Below, one piece after another: positions 9,541-19,434 of a DNA stretch of 64,000 bases; within the stretch, counting starts at the first letter, position 1; the number at the start of each line of letters is the position of its first letter. This DNA comes from an uncultured Clostridia bacterium (GTDB lineage: Bacteria > Bacillota > Clostridia > Oscillospirales > CAG-272): positions 6,205 to 70,204 of the forward strand of contig CANRIL010000005.1 of assembly GCA_947630625.1 (NCBI GenBank). Reading direction: 5' to 3'. The translations under genes and the position numbers were made by a program. The notes under the pieces are model-generated. The model saw only the letters and a program-made list of their open reading frames with translations. It had not been told where the DNA came from and searched no databases.

Positions 9541-11649
9541 ATGGAGATAATAAACACTCTTGTGGGCACGCCGCTCGGCTGGCTCATGCGCTTCTGCTAC
9601 TACATCTTCAACGATTACGGGCTCGCCATCATCATCTTCACTCTGCTGACGAAGGTCATAATGTTCCCAATCTCGCTGCTCGTGCAGAAGAACTCGATCA
9701 AAATGGTGAAGATGAAACCACGCCTCGACGCGCTCCGTTATCAGTACGTCGACGACAAGGACGCGTTTATCGACGCGCAGAGCGCGCTTTACAAAGAGGA
9801 ACATTACAGCCCGATGGCGGGCGTATGGCCGCTGCTGCTCCAGCTTCCGATCATATTCGGCCTGCTCGACGTTGTATATAAGCCGTTGAAGCACATCCTT
9901 CACGTCGCGCCCGCCACGATAGATGCGTTCGTTTCAAAGACCGCCTCGCTCATGGGGATGACAGTCGAGGAGCTTGGTTCAACGGCGCAGCTCACCGTAG
10001 TCGAGAAGGTCAGGGCGATGCCGGAGGCGTTCTCCGAAATTGCCGGTGCAAACGATGTGATCTCGGCGATCAATTCCCTGAAGATGGATTTTCTCGGCTT
10101 CAACCTCGCCGAGACGCCGAATATAGCCGTCCTGAACGCCGTCTTTATCGTCCCGATCCTCGCCGGGCTGTCGGCGCTTTTGATGTGCGTGATACAGAAC
10201 CACATAAACGTCCTTCAGATCGAGCAGAGCCGGCTCTCACAGTGGGGCATGACGGCCTTCATGATCGCGTTTTCCACGTTCTTCGCCTTCATCGTCCCCG
10301 CCGGCGTCGGGCTTTACTGGACGTTCGGCAACCTTTTCTCCATCATCGTCATGTACCTCGTCAACGCGATATATTCTCCGAAAAAATACATCAACTATGA
10401 AGCGCTCGAGGAGATGAAGCGCACCGCCGCCGAAGAAAAGGTCGAGGCAAAAAGAAACAAGGCGCTGGCGAAAAAATATTACCGTGAATTTTTCGCTCCC
10501 GACAATATGCGGGAGATGAAGCTCGTCTTCTACGCGGAGGGGAGCGGATATTATAAATATTTCGAAGCGATAATAGACGCACTGCTCAGAAAGTCCGACC
10601 TTACGATCCACTATGTCACAAGCGACCCCGACGACGCGATCTTCAAAAAAGGCGAGCCCCGAATCCACCCCTATTATGTGGACGAGGCGCGGCTCATTTC
10701 GCTGATGATGAAGCTTGAGGCCGACATCGTAGTCATGACGACGCCCGATCTTGAGAAATACCACATCAAGCGCTCCCGCGTCAAGCCCAACATCGAATAT
10801 ATCTACGTCGATCACGGCTGTTCGAGCCTGAATCTCACCTACCGCACCGGCGCGCTCGACGCGTTCAACACGATTTTTGCCGTCAGCCGCGAGCAGGCGA
10901 TCGAGGTCCGCGCGATGGAAAAGCTGCGGCACACGAAGAAAAAACGCATCGTCGAGGTCGGTTACGGTCTGCTCGACAACATGATCGCCGAGTATGGATC
11001 GAAGGAACACGTCGAAAACGAAAAAAAGACTGTGCTGATCGCCCCGTCCTGGCAGTACGACAACATCATGGACTCATGCCTTGACGAGCTCGTCGCCGCC
11101 GTCACCGGGCACGGGTACCGCGTTGTGATCCGTCCGCACCCGCAGTACGTGCGCCGGTTCCCGATGAAGATGAAGGAGATCATCGAAAAATACCGCCCGA
11201 ACTTCTCCGACGATTTTATAATAGAGACGGACTTTTCCTCAAACGTCACGGTCTACACCGCGGACGTGCTTATAACGGACTGGTCAAACATCGCGTTTGA
11301 GTTTTCGTTCACGACGGACAAGCCCTCCCTCTTCATCAACACGGAAATGAAGGTCGTGAACCGCGATTATAAGAAGATACCGCTGACGCCGTTTGACGTG
11401 ACCGCGAGGGCAAAGATTGGACGCGCGCTCGAAAAGAGCGAGGTCCCCGCGGCGGCGGACGCAGTTGCCGAGCTGATCGAGCACGGCGACGACTACCGCG
11501 ACCGCATACGCGAGCTGAAACAGAGCCATTTTTACAATCTCGGCTCAAGCGGCGAGGTCGGGGCTGATTACATAATCGCCCGCCTGCGCCGCCGCGCGGA
11601 GAGGCGCGCAAAGTCAGCGGCGAGATCAGCGACGCCGGACACAAAATAA
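9541..11649 (+). CDS. Fusion protein: YidC/Oxa1-type membrane insertase (N-terminal about 285 aa) joined to a CDP-glycerol glycerophosphotransferase (TagB/TagF family) domain
   Basis: 702 aa. N-terminus matches the Gram-positive YidC pattern (NDYGLAIIIFTLLTKVIMFPISLLVQKNSIKMVKMKPRLDAL...LYKEEHYSPMAG..PLLLQLPIIFGL ... GVGLYWTFGNLFSIIV). C-terminus has the TagF-family pattern (VLIAPSWQYDN..., IRPHPQ, VLITDWSNIAFEFSFTTDKPSLFI). Confidence 0.7.
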   Translation: MEIINTLVGTPLGWLMRFCYYIFNDYGLAIIIFTLLTKVIMFPISLLVQKNSIKMVKMKPRLDALRYQYVDDKDAFIDAQSALYKEEHYSPMAGVWPLLLQLPIIFGLLDVVYKPLKHILHVAPATIDAFVSKTASLMGMTVEELGSTAQLTVVEKVRAMPEAFSEIAGANDVISAINSLKMDFLGFNLAETPNIAVLNAVFIVPILAGLSALLMCVIQNHINVLQIEQSRLSQWGMTAFMIAFSTFFAFIVPAGVGLYWTFGNLFSIIVMYLVNAIYSPKKYINYEALEEMKRTAAEEKVEAKRNKALAKKYYREFFAPDNMREMKLVFYAEGSGYYKYFEAIIDALLRKSDLTIHYVTSDPDDAIFKKGEPRIHPYYVDEARLISLMMKLEADIVVMTTPDLEKYHIKRSRVKPNIEYIYVDHGCSSLNLTYRTGALDAFNTIFAVSREQAIEVRAMEKLRHTKKKRIVEVGYGLLDNMIAEYGSKEHVENEKKTVLIAPSWQYDNIMDSCLDELVAAVTGHGYRVVIRPHPQYVRRFPMKMKEIIEKYRPNFSDDFIIETDFSSNVTVYTADVLITDWSNIAFEFSFTTDKPSLFINTEMKVVNRDYKKIPLTPFDVTARAKIGRALEKSEVPAAADAVAELIEHGDDYRDRIRELKQSHFYNLGSSGEVGADYIIARLRRRAERRAKSAARSATPDTK

Positions 11650-11659
11650 AAAATTTATT

Positions 11660-11697
11660 GGGGGGGAAGCCCGAAACCGGCTTCTCCCCCTCGTTTT
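11660..11697. terminator. Imperfect GC hairpin between convergent genes (YidC-TagF and DegV)
   Basis: GGGGGGGAAGCC-cgaaac-CGGCTTCTCCCCC followed by TCGTTTT, and preceded by an A/T run for the opposite strand. Confidence 0.45.
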
Positions 11698-11759
11698 AAT
11701 GTATCTGTTTTGCGCGGCGGGAAAAATTATGCGCCCGCCGTGCTTTTTTTTCGCCTCGA

Positions 11760-12614
11760 TCACCGTCCGCCCTCGCCGGCAATGAACAGAACGCCGAGCG
11801 TGTTCGGTCCGCAGTGGCTCGATATGACGCCGCCCGCGTGCGTTTCGAGTATCTCGTCGAATATGCCGAGCGCCTTGAGCGTTTCCTTCGTTTTTTCAAC
11901 GATGTCATGCGCGTCCTCCCTCATCGTGTGCGTGACGAAGACGCGGCGCGTTTCCGCCGTTTTCAGCTCCGGCAGAAGGTCGGCAACATAATTCTCGACG
12001 ACTCGTCCGATTTTCCCGCGGTACTTTTTGTCAACGTCCATTTTGCCGCCGGAAACCACGATCTTCGGCTTGAGCGAGAGCAGATTCGCGGCGAGCGCCG
12101 TCAGCGGGGAGCACCTGCCGCCGCGCTGAAGATACGTCAGCGTGTCTATGACAAAGCTTGCCCGAACGCGGGGGTTCACCTCGTCAAGAGCCTCGGAAAT
12201 TTCGTCAAACGACGCGCCCGCGGACACCATATCCGCGGCGTAGAGGATCAAAAGCCCTATCCCGGTCGACAGATTGCGCGAATCCACAACGCGGCAGCGG
12301 CGGCAACCCGCCTCCTTCGCCGCGATTCGCATCACGTTATTCGACGTGCTCATCTCGCTCGAAATGCTGAACGCGATTATTTCATCGTCCTTGTATTTCC
12401 CGAACAGCTCCGCCGCGTCCTCGAGCGACGGCGCAGCCGTTTTCGGCGTCTTTCCGACGCTGTCCGCCCACTCGAAGAGCTCCGCCTGCGTCAGCTCCCC
12501 GTCGCGGACGCTCCTGTCGTCGAGAAGGATGCCGAGCGGGAGGATATCTATATCGTATTTTTTAAGCAGCTCCGGCGAAAGGTCGCACGTGCTGTCCGCA
12601 ATTATCTTTATCAT
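11760..12614 (-). CDS. DegV-family fatty-acid-binding protein
   Basis: 284 aa. Typical N-terminus MIKIIADSTCDLSPELLKKYDIDILPL, and SSEMSTS / GGR motifs. Confidence 0.85.
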   Translation of the reverse strand: MIKIIADSTCDLSPELLKKYDIDILPLGILLDDRSVRDGELTQAELFEWADSVGKTPKTAAPSLEDAAELFGKYKDDEIIAFSISSEMSTSNNVMRIAAKEAGCRRCRVVDSRNLSTGIGLLILYAADMVSAGASFDEISEALDEVNPRVRASFVIDTLTYLQRGGRCSPLTALAANLLSLKPKIVVSGGKMDVDKKYRGKIGRVVENYVADLLPELKTAETRRVFVTHTMREDAHDIVEKTKETLKALGIFDEILETHAGGVISSHCGPNTLGVLFIAGEGGR

Positions 12615-12794
12615 GAATCAAAAACCTCCGGGTTTTAAACTTTGAGTCTGCTCGCCGCCGTGTCGTCCCCGGCGGTCTTATTCAACAAAAGACAGTATAC
12701 CATAATTATTTGGCTTTGTCACCATATTTTTTAACGCTTATTCGTTTTGGGCACAGTTTTTTTGCGCGCATATAATGTGGCGAGGTGATTTTTT

Positions 12795-13859
12795 ATGTAC
12801 AAACACCGCGGCGGCGCGTCGACGGACGCCGTCAGGGCAGCCGAAGAGATCATAAAATACGCCGAGGCGCGCGGCGCGAGCGATATTCATCTTTTGCCCG
12901 GCGGCGAGAAGTCTGAGCTCCGCATACGTGTCGACGGCGTGCTTTTTCGCGCCGCCTTTTTGCCCGCGGAGCTATTTTCCCGCATTTCGTCCCGGATAAA
13001 GGTCATCGCAAGCCTCGACATAACGGAACGCCGCCGCCCGCAGGACGGCAGCGCGCGCCTCAGCGACACGCTTGACATCCGCGTCTCGACGCTTCCGACA
13101 GTCAGCGGCGAAAGCATCGTCATCCGGCTGCTCGACAAGCGCCTCTGTTCAGGCACGCTTTCTGACCTCGGCATGTCGGATGAAAATCTCCGCCTTTGCC
13201 GTGAGCTTCTCGATTCAAAGAGCGGCCTGCTGCTCATCGCGGGACCCACGGGCTCCGGGAAGAGCACGACGATGTACGGGATAATAAAGGAGCTCGCCTC
13301 GGCGAGCCTTAATATCGTAACTGTCGAAGAACCGGTTGAATATACTGTTACGGGCGTAAATCAGGCCGCCGTGAACGCGCGCGCCGGGATGACGTTTTCG
13401 TCCGCTCTGCGCGCCGCGCTGCGGCAGGACCCGGATGTCATCGGGATCGGAGAGATCCGTGACGCGGAGACATCCAAAATCGCGCACAGCGCCGCGCTTT
13501 CCGGGCGTCTCGTTATTTCGACCGTACACGTCGGCGCCGCGGCGTCACTCAAAGACAGACTCGCGATGCTCGGCACACCGTGGGAACTCACGGCGAGCGC
13601 GCTGCGCGGCGTCATAGTGCAGCGGCTGCTCCGGCGCGTCAGCCCCGAACGCGCCGGCGTCACGGGCGACGGCTGCAAAATCGGCTCAGCGCCTGTATTT
13701 TCCGGTCGAACGGGCGCGTTCGGGATCGTAAGCTTTCCGCCGCGCGGCCCCGAACGATTTGTCCTCGCGGATGAGGCGCTCGCCGCCGACTGCAAAAGGC
13801 TCGCCGAACTCGGCGTTACGACGGAAGAGGAGGTGCGAGGTGCGCTTTTTCAAATTTAA
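12795..13859 (+). CDS. Type II/IV secretion ATPase (GspE/PilB/ComGA family, short form)
   Basis: 354 aa. ASDIHL, Walker A GPTGSGKSTT, Asp box VEEPVEY, Walker B/His box PDVIGIGEIRD...STVH. Confidence 0.85.
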   Translation: MYKHRGGASTDAVRAAEEIIKYAEARGASDIHLLPGGEKSELRIRVDGVLFRAAFLPAELFSRISSRIKVIASLDITERRRPQDGSARLSDTLDIRVSTLPTVSGESIVIRLLDKRLCSGTLSDLGMSDENLRLCRELLDSKSGLLLIAGPTGSGKSTTMYGIIKELASASLNIVTVEEPVEYTVTGVNQAAVNARAGMTFSSALRAALRQDPDVIGIGEIRDAETSKIAHSAALSGRLVISTVHVGAAASLKDRLAMLGTPWELTASALRGVIVQRLLRRVSPERAGVTGDGCKIGSAPVFSGRTGAFGIVSFPPRGPERFVLADEALAADCKRLAELGVTTEEEVRGALFQI

Positions 13860-14895
13860 AAGACCTCTTTCCCCCTCCCGGCTCTCGCTTGCCTCGTTTA
13901 TGCTGTCCGCCTTTCTTCGCGCCGGTATAACAACGCTTGACGCGGTATCTGCCGCTGCCGGTTCGCTTCGCGGACGGGCGGCGCGCGCTTTTGCCTCCGC
14001 CGCGCACGATATCGGCGCGGGGCGCTCCCTTTCGGACTCACTGATGCGCACGGGCGCATTTCCGGAGATATTCATCGAATCCGTCCGCGCGGGGGAGGAA
14101 AGCGGCAGGCTGGCACGCGTGCTCTACTCGCTCGGCACACATTATTCAAAAAGGAGCCACGCGCTCGGTGCACTGCACGCCGCGATGCTATATCCGGCGC
14201 TGCTGGTCGCGCTCAGCGTCATCGTCGTCATCATCGTGATGACGCAGCTCATGCCGTCCGTGATCTCCCTGCTCGAAGCCGCCGGAGCGCCGCTTCCGCC
14301 GTCAACGTGCGTGCTTGTCGGTATATACGATCTCGTCACCGCCCACTGGCAAGGGATCGTCCCCGCGCTTGCCGCCGTCTATATCGTCCTCGGCGTCGCC
14401 GTCAACACACCTGCCGGTGCGCATGCCGTCTCGCATCTCAAGCGCTCGATCCCGTTTGTCGGCAGTGCCGCCGCCTACGCCGCCGCGGCGCGCTTTACGG
14501 AAACGCTCCGAATGCTGTTGACCTCCGGCGTCCCCTTCCCGCGCGCCGTCTCGCTCGCGGGCAGGGCGTCCGGCGACTGCCTCATCATCCGCGAGACTGA
14601 AAAAGTCGCCTCTCTCGCCGAGGCGGGATATGACGCGGGCGAGCTTCTGCGCGGCTGCCGGAGCCTGCCCGCCGCCGTGCGGTATGCGGTCGCCTCCGGC
14701 ATCGAAAACGGACTTCCCGGCGCACTCTCTGCCGCCGAGGAGCTCGCCTTCTGCGCTGCGGACGCATCTGCCCGCCGGCTGCTCGCCGTATCGGAGCCGC
14801 TTGCCGTCATCATCGCCGGTATATTCGTCGCGTTTATTGTGATCTCGATCTACGCCCCCATTTTCTCGGTATATGAGTTTGTCGATATGCTTTGA
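13840..14895 (+). CDS. Type II secretion/type IV pilus platform protein (GspF/PilC/ComGB family)
   Basis: The frame is open from 13759. GAGGAGG (13827-13833) followed by GTG 13840 gives the likely start, overlapping the ATPase gene end. Polytopic, with two GspF-like repeats (GRSLSDSL...FPEIFIESVRAGEESG ; VPFPRAVSL...). Confidence 0.75.
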   Translation: MRFFKFKRPLSPSRLSLASFMLSAFLRAGITTLDAVSAAAGSLRGRAARAFASAAHDIGAGRSLSDSLMRTGAFPEIFIESVRAGEESGRLARVLYSLGTHYSKRSHALGALHAAMLYPALLVALSVIVVIIVMTQLMPSVISLLEAAGAPLPPSTCVLVGIYDLVTAHWQGIVPALAAVYIVLGVAVNTPAGAHAVSHLKRSIPFVGSAAAYAAAARFTETLRMLLTSGVPFPRAVSLAGRASGDCLIIRETEKVASLAEAGYDAGELLRGCRSLPAAVRYAVASGIENGLPGALSAAEELAFCAADASARRLLAVSEPLAVIIAGIFVAFIVISIYAPIFSVYEFVDML

Positions 14896-14938
14896 CTTAC
14901 AGAATAACATGTGTCTGTAACAATATAGGAATACGAAA

Positions 14939-15376
14939 ATGAAAAGAACAGAAAATAACAAAGGATTTACACTTGCGGAGCTGCTCGTCGTCGTCGCCGT
15001 GATCTCGATTCTGCTCGCGATCGCGACCCCGATTTTTTCATCCCACCTCGAACGCGCCCGGATGGCGGTCGACATGTCGAACGCCCGCAGCGCCTCGTCA
15101 ATGGCGTACACGGAATATGTGCTCTGTCACATGGAAAGCTCTGACGAAAAGAAAACACTGACCTACACCTTCGGAGTCGACAGCAGCGGTAATCTCTATA
15201 TTCTTGAACACACGGACGAGAGCGGGGAAACTCAGTCTCTCGCCCCTCTCGACGCTGATATAGAGGAGATCAAGGCTCAGTCAAAAGCGCTGACCGGATT
15301 CCCCCTGACAGTAACTATCAGCGGCGGCAGAGTCATGGACAATTCGTGGCTGACCATCATTGACGAAATGGGATGA
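14939..15376 (+). CDS. Prepilin-type (type IV pilin/pseudopilin, ComGC-like) protein
   Basis: 145 aa. Class III signal MKRTENNKG|FTLAELLVVVAVISILLAIATPIF. Confidence 0.85.
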   Translation: MKRTENNKGFTLAELLVVVAVISILLAIATPIFSSHLERARMAVDMSNARSASSMAYTEYVLCHMESSDEKKTLTYTFGVDSSGNLYILEHTDESGETQSLAPLDADIEEIKAQSKALTGFPLTVTISGGRVMDNSWLTIIDEMG

Positions 15377-15998
15377 CGTGACATTTTCAGTTACTGCGTC
15401 GGCGTCCGCGTTCTGCCTCGGCGCCGCCGCCGTCTATCTTATCCCGCTTAAAACGCGCGCCCGGCGCGCGGCGGCGGTCTTGTGCGGCGTATCGTTTGCG
15501 GCAGCACGGCAGAAGTTCGGCTTCGGTACTGACTGCGCCGCGCTCTGGGCGCTTTACTGGCTGCTGACCGCCGCGGCGCTTTACGACGCGAAAACGATGG
15601 AGATACCGCGCGGCATATTTGCCGCAGCGCCGTTCCCGTTTTTGGCTTTTCTGCCGTGCGCCGCCCGCCCGTGGCACGCGTTTTTATGCGGCATCCTCGG
15701 CGCGTCAACGCTCGGCGGCGGTCTGTTTTTGCTGTCGCGCACGCTTGAGGCAGCCGTCGGGCAGAAGACGCTCGGCGGCGGCGACATCAAGCTCTTTGCG
15801 GCGATCGGACTCTATCTCGGCGTATTCAAAGGCGCACTTGCGGCGTCGATCTCCTGCTTTGCGGGGATTTTATACTGCCGCGCGCTCCGCATAAGGGACG
15901 GGGTCCCGTTCCCGTTCGCGCCGTCGATCGCATTCGGCGCGTTTGCCGCCTCGATCTTCGGGGACGAAATTTTGCGCGCCGCCGCATTTTTCATATAG
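15360..15998 (+). CDS. Prepilin peptidase (A24 family, PilD/ComC-like, no methyltransferase domain)
   Basis: 212 aa polytopic protein. The second catalytic Asp is in context GGGDIKLFAAIGLYLG. Overlaps the pilin gene end. Confidence 0.7.
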   Translation: MTKWDDVTFSVTASASAFCLGAAAVYLIPLKTRARRAAAVLCGVSFAAARQKFGFGTDCAALWALYWLLTAAALYDAKTMEIPRGIFAAAPFPFLAFLPCAARPWHAFLCGILGASTLGGGLFLLSRTLEAAVGQKTLGGGDIKLFAAIGLYLGVFKGALAASISCFAGILYCRALRIRDGVPFPFAPSIAFGAFAASIFGDEILRAAAFFI

Positions 15999-16139
15999 GA
16001 CGCCTCACATCTGACCCCGGCGGACGGGGTGCCGCTTTTGCGGCTCCCCAGTCTGCCGGGCGTCTTTTTTTGCCCCGGCATTTTGCGCCGCCGACCGCAC
16101 AGTTTCCCGACATAGACGTGTTTGCAGACGTGTTTATTG

Positions 16140-16168
16140 TTGATTTATGTGTGCCGAGGTGGTATAAT
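16140..16168 (+). promoter_or_regulatory. Sigma-70-type promoter upstream of the DUF5107/TPR gene
   Basis: TTGATT (16140-16145), 17 nt, TATAAT (16163-16168), preceded by TGg (extended -10). Confidence 0.5.
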
Positions 16169-16200
16169 TGACTAAATAAAAAACATTCGGCGGTGATTTT

Positions 16201-19200
16201 ATGGGCAAGGTTAAGGTAACAAACAGGCGCGTCAGCATTCCGACGTATGAGATCGGGCAGTACGACAAAAACCCGATGTTTCTTGAAAAGCGCGTCTATC
16301 AGGGGTCGAGCGGGCGCGTCTATCCGCACCCCGTCTGCTACTCCGTCTCGGACACGAAAAGCGACCGCGTCTATGACGCATTCATTCTGGAAAACGACTA
16401 TATTTCAGTTATGATCCTGCCAGAGCTCGGCGGGAGAATACAGCGCATATTCGATAAGACGACCGGCAGCGACGCCGTTTACTATAACGAGGTGATAAAA
16501 CCCGCGCTCGTCGGGCTGGTGGGGCCCTGGATATCGGGCGGCATAGAATTCAACTGGCCGCAGCACCACCGCCCGTCTACATTTGACCCTGTCGATTTCA
16601 CGTCGGAGGAACACGACGACGGCTCGGCGTCCGTATGCGTCGGCGAGACGGAGAAAATGTTTCACACCAAATGCACGACCGTATTTACCCTCTACCCCGA
16701 CCGCGCATATCTCGAAGTTTCCGTGCGCATCTACAACCCGACCGCGATCCCGCAGACGTTTCTGTGGTGGGCGAATCCAGCCGTCGCCGTCAACGACGAC
16801 ACAAAATCCATCTTCCCGCCAGATGTCACGGCCGTCATGGACCACGGCAAGCGCGACGTTTCAAAATTTCCGATCGCCGACGGCGTATATTATAAAGTCG
16901 ACTATTCGCCCGGCACGGACATTTCGAGATACAAAAACATCCCCGTGCCGACCTCATACATGGCGTACCGCTCAGGGTATGACTTCATAGGCAACTACGA
17001 TTTCCGCCGCCGCGTCGGGCTGCTTCACATCGCCGACCACCATATCTCTCCCGGCAAAAAGCAGTGGACGTGGGGCTGCGGCGATTTCGGGCGAGCGTGG
17101 GACCGCAATCTGACGGATGAAAACGGCCCCTATATCGAGCTTATGACAGGCGTTTACACAGACAATCAGCCCGATTTCACGTTCATCAAACCGTACGAGG
17201 AAAAGACGTTCCGCCAATATTTTATGCCCTACCGCGAGGTCGGCGACGTGAAAAACGCCTCGCTCAACGCCGTGATAAACATCGAAAAGACGGAAGACGA
17301 TGCGGTCGTGACCGTGTACACGCCGACAGGGCTTAAAGACGCGCGCCTCGATATATTTGCCGGCGGCGAGCTTGTAAGCTCGCTTCCTCTCTCACTTGCG
17401 ACGGCGGAAGTGTTCCGCACGAAGGCGCACACGGATGCGCCGTATGAAAAACTAAGCGTTTCGCTCACAAACGGCGACGGCGCGGTCCTTTCCTTCACCC
17501 CGCCCTCTCCGTCCGGCGAGGTGCCCGAACCCGCGACTGCGATCCCAGCACCGGAGGCGTTGCCGACGAACGAAAAGCTGTTTCTCGCGGCAACGCACCT
17601 CATGCAGTACCGCCACGCGACATTTTCACCGGAACCGTATTTTCTCGAAGGTCTGCGCCGCGACCCGGGCGACATAAGGATCAACAACGGATACGGCAAA
17701 TACTTATACGAAAAGGGCAGATTTGCCGAGAGCGCCGAGCATTTCAGATCGGCGATCGCTTCCTCGACATGGAAGAACCCGAATCCCTACGACTGCGAGC
17801 CGTTTTATAATCTCGGGCTCGCGCTGCTCGCCATGGGCGACGAAGACGGCGCCTACGACGCGTTTTATAAGGCATCTTGGGACGGCGCGATGCAGGCGGG
17901 CGCGTTTTACAGTCTCGCGGAGATCGCTTCCCGACGCGGCGAATTTAAAGCGGCGCTCGAATTTGCCGAGCTCTCGCTCGTCCGCGGCACGCACAACATG
18001 AACGCGCGGACGCTCAAAACGGCGCTTCTGCGCCTGACGGGCGAGCCGGAAAAAGCCGCGTCATTTGCAAAAGAGACGCTTTCCCTCGACCCGCTTGAAT
18101 TCGGCTGCCGATACGAGCTCTGCCTGCTTTCAAACGACGAAGACGAGCTCGAATCGTTCCGCACGCTGCTGCGCGGCGACGACGACAGCTATATCACGCT
18201 TGCCTCCCTTTATCTCGACGCCGGTCTTATATCCGACGCCGACAAAATCCTCGCGCTCGCTCCGGGCAAAAGCCCGATGATACATTACTATCGCTATTTC
18301 GCCGCCGGCGCTGCGGAAGAACTCGAACTTGCCGAATCGTCCTCCCCGCTCTACTGTTTCCCGAACAGGCTCTCCGACATCGCCGTGCTCGAGCGCGCGT
18401 CGCAACACGGCAGCATGGCGAAATATTATCTCGGCCTGCTGCTCTACGACAGGGGAAGATGCGAGGAAGCCGCGGCGCTCTGGGAATCGTGCGAAGACGC
18501 GATATCGCTTCCGACCGTACACAGAAACCTCGCCCTCGCTTACTATAACAAGCTGCACCGGCAAAGTGAAGCGCTCGCCGAGATGGAGCGCGCTTTCGCA
18601 GAGGACGAAACGGACGCCCGCGTCTTTTATGAGCTTGACTGCCTGCGCCGCGAGCTCTGCACGCCGCCGAAGGAGCGTCTGCGCCTCCTTGGGGAGCACC
18701 CAGAGCTTCTCCCGCTGCGCGACGACCTTTATACGGAATACATAACGCTTTTAAATCTCTGCGGACAGCCCCGCCGCGCGCTCGAGCTCATGTCAGCGCA
18801 CAAATTCCATCCGTGGGAGGGCGGAGAGGGCAGGATCACCTCGCAGTACCGCATAAGCCTCTGTAAGCTCGCGAAAAAGGAGCCCGAAAACGCCAGGGAA
18901 TATCTGACCCGCGCGCTTTCGTACCCGGAAAATCTCGGAGAGGGCAAGCTCGCCGGCTGCCTTGACAACGACATATATTATATGCTCGGCAGCGTCGAAC
19001 GCGACGATGACAAAGCGGCGGAATTCTACCGGCTCGCCGCGCGCGGGAACGGCGCGCTCGGAAAAGCCGAATACTATAACGACCAGCCGCCGGAAATGAT
19101 GTACTACGCGGCGCTCGCACACCGCGCGCTCGGTGACGAGGCGGAGGCGGCGCGCCGGTTCGGGAAATTCGTAAATTACGCCCGCGCCCACTATAACGAC

Positions 19201-19434
19201 GAGGCGCGCCCCGACTATTTTGCCGTCTCGCTGCCCGATTTTCTCATATTCGAACACGACCAGGCGCGCAGCAATAAAGTACATTGCCGCTTCCTCGCCG
19301 CCCTCGGTCTTCTCGGCCTCGGAGATACTGACGGCGCCGCGGCTGAGGCAAAGGCAGGGCTCGCGCTCGACCCGGCGCACGCGGGACTCATCGACATTTT
19401 GACCGAAATCGGAGGCAGAAATGATAACGACTGA
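16201..19434 (+). CDS. DUF5107-type N-terminal domain protein with C-terminal TPR repeats
   Basis: 1077 aa. The N-terminal pattern IPTYEIGQYDKNPMFLEKRVYQGSSGRVYPHP is as I remember for DUF5107. The C-terminal half has clear TPR-like helical repeats (YNLGLALLAMGDEDGAYDAFYKA...). The domain name is recalled from memory. Confidence 0.55.
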   Translation: MGKVKVTNRRVSIPTYEIGQYDKNPMFLEKRVYQGSSGRVYPHPVCYSVSDTKSDRVYDAFILENDYISVMILPELGGRIQRIFDKTTGSDAVYYNEVIKPALVGLVGPWISGGIEFNWPQHHRPSTFDPVDFTSEEHDDGSASVCVGETEKMFHTKCTTVFTLYPDRAYLEVSVRIYNPTAIPQTFLWWANPAVAVNDDTKSIFPPDVTAVMDHGKRDVSKFPIADGVYYKVDYSPGTDISRYKNIPVPTSYMAYRSGYDFIGNYDFRRRVGLLHIADHHISPGKKQWTWGCGDFGRAWDRNLTDENGPYIELMTGVYTDNQPDFTFIKPYEEKTFRQYFMPYREVGDVKNASLNAVINIEKTEDDAVVTVYTPTGLKDARLDIFAGGELVSSLPLSLATAEVFRTKAHTDAPYEKLSVSLTNGDGAVLSFTPPSPSGEVPEPATAIPAPEALPTNEKLFLAATHLMQYRHATFSPEPYFLEGLRRDPGDIRINNGYGKYLYEKGRFAESAEHFRSAIASSTWKNPNPYDCEPFYNLGLALLAMGDEDGAYDAFYKASWDGAMQAGAFYSLAEIASRRGEFKAALEFAELSLVRGTHNMNARTLKTALLRLTGEPEKAASFAKETLSLDPLEFGCRYELCLLSNDEDELESFRTLLRGDDDSYITLASLYLDAGLISDADKILALAPGKSPMIHYYRYFAAGAAEELELAESSSPLYCFPNRLSDIAVLERASQHGSMAKYYLGLLLYDRGRCEEAAALWESCEDAISLPTVHRNLALAYYNKLHRQSEALAEMERAFAEDETDARVFYELDCLRRELCTPPKERLRLLGEHPELLPLRDDLYTEYITLLNLCGQPRRALELMSAHKFHPWEGGEGRITSQYRISLCKLAKKEPENAREYLTRALSYPENLGEGKLAGCLDNDIYYMLGSVERDDDKAAEFYRLAARGNGALGKAEYYNDQPPEMMYYAALAHRALGDEAEAARRFGKFVNYARAHYNDEARPDYFAVSLPDFLIFEHDQARSNKVHCRFLAALGLLGLGDTDGAAAEAKAGLALDPAHAGLIDILTEIGGRNDND

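Noticed and set aside
13759-13839. The upstream extension of the GspF-like ORF (start at 13759), and similar extended starts for the esterase (27438), cytidylyltransferase (39039), LicD (35291), YhaM-like (50663), GH2 (45808), YczE-like (51844) and XRE (59860) genes.
   Set aside because: Internal start codons are preceded by good GGAGG-type RBSs. They give N-termini matching the family pattern, or remove long overlaps with upstream genes.
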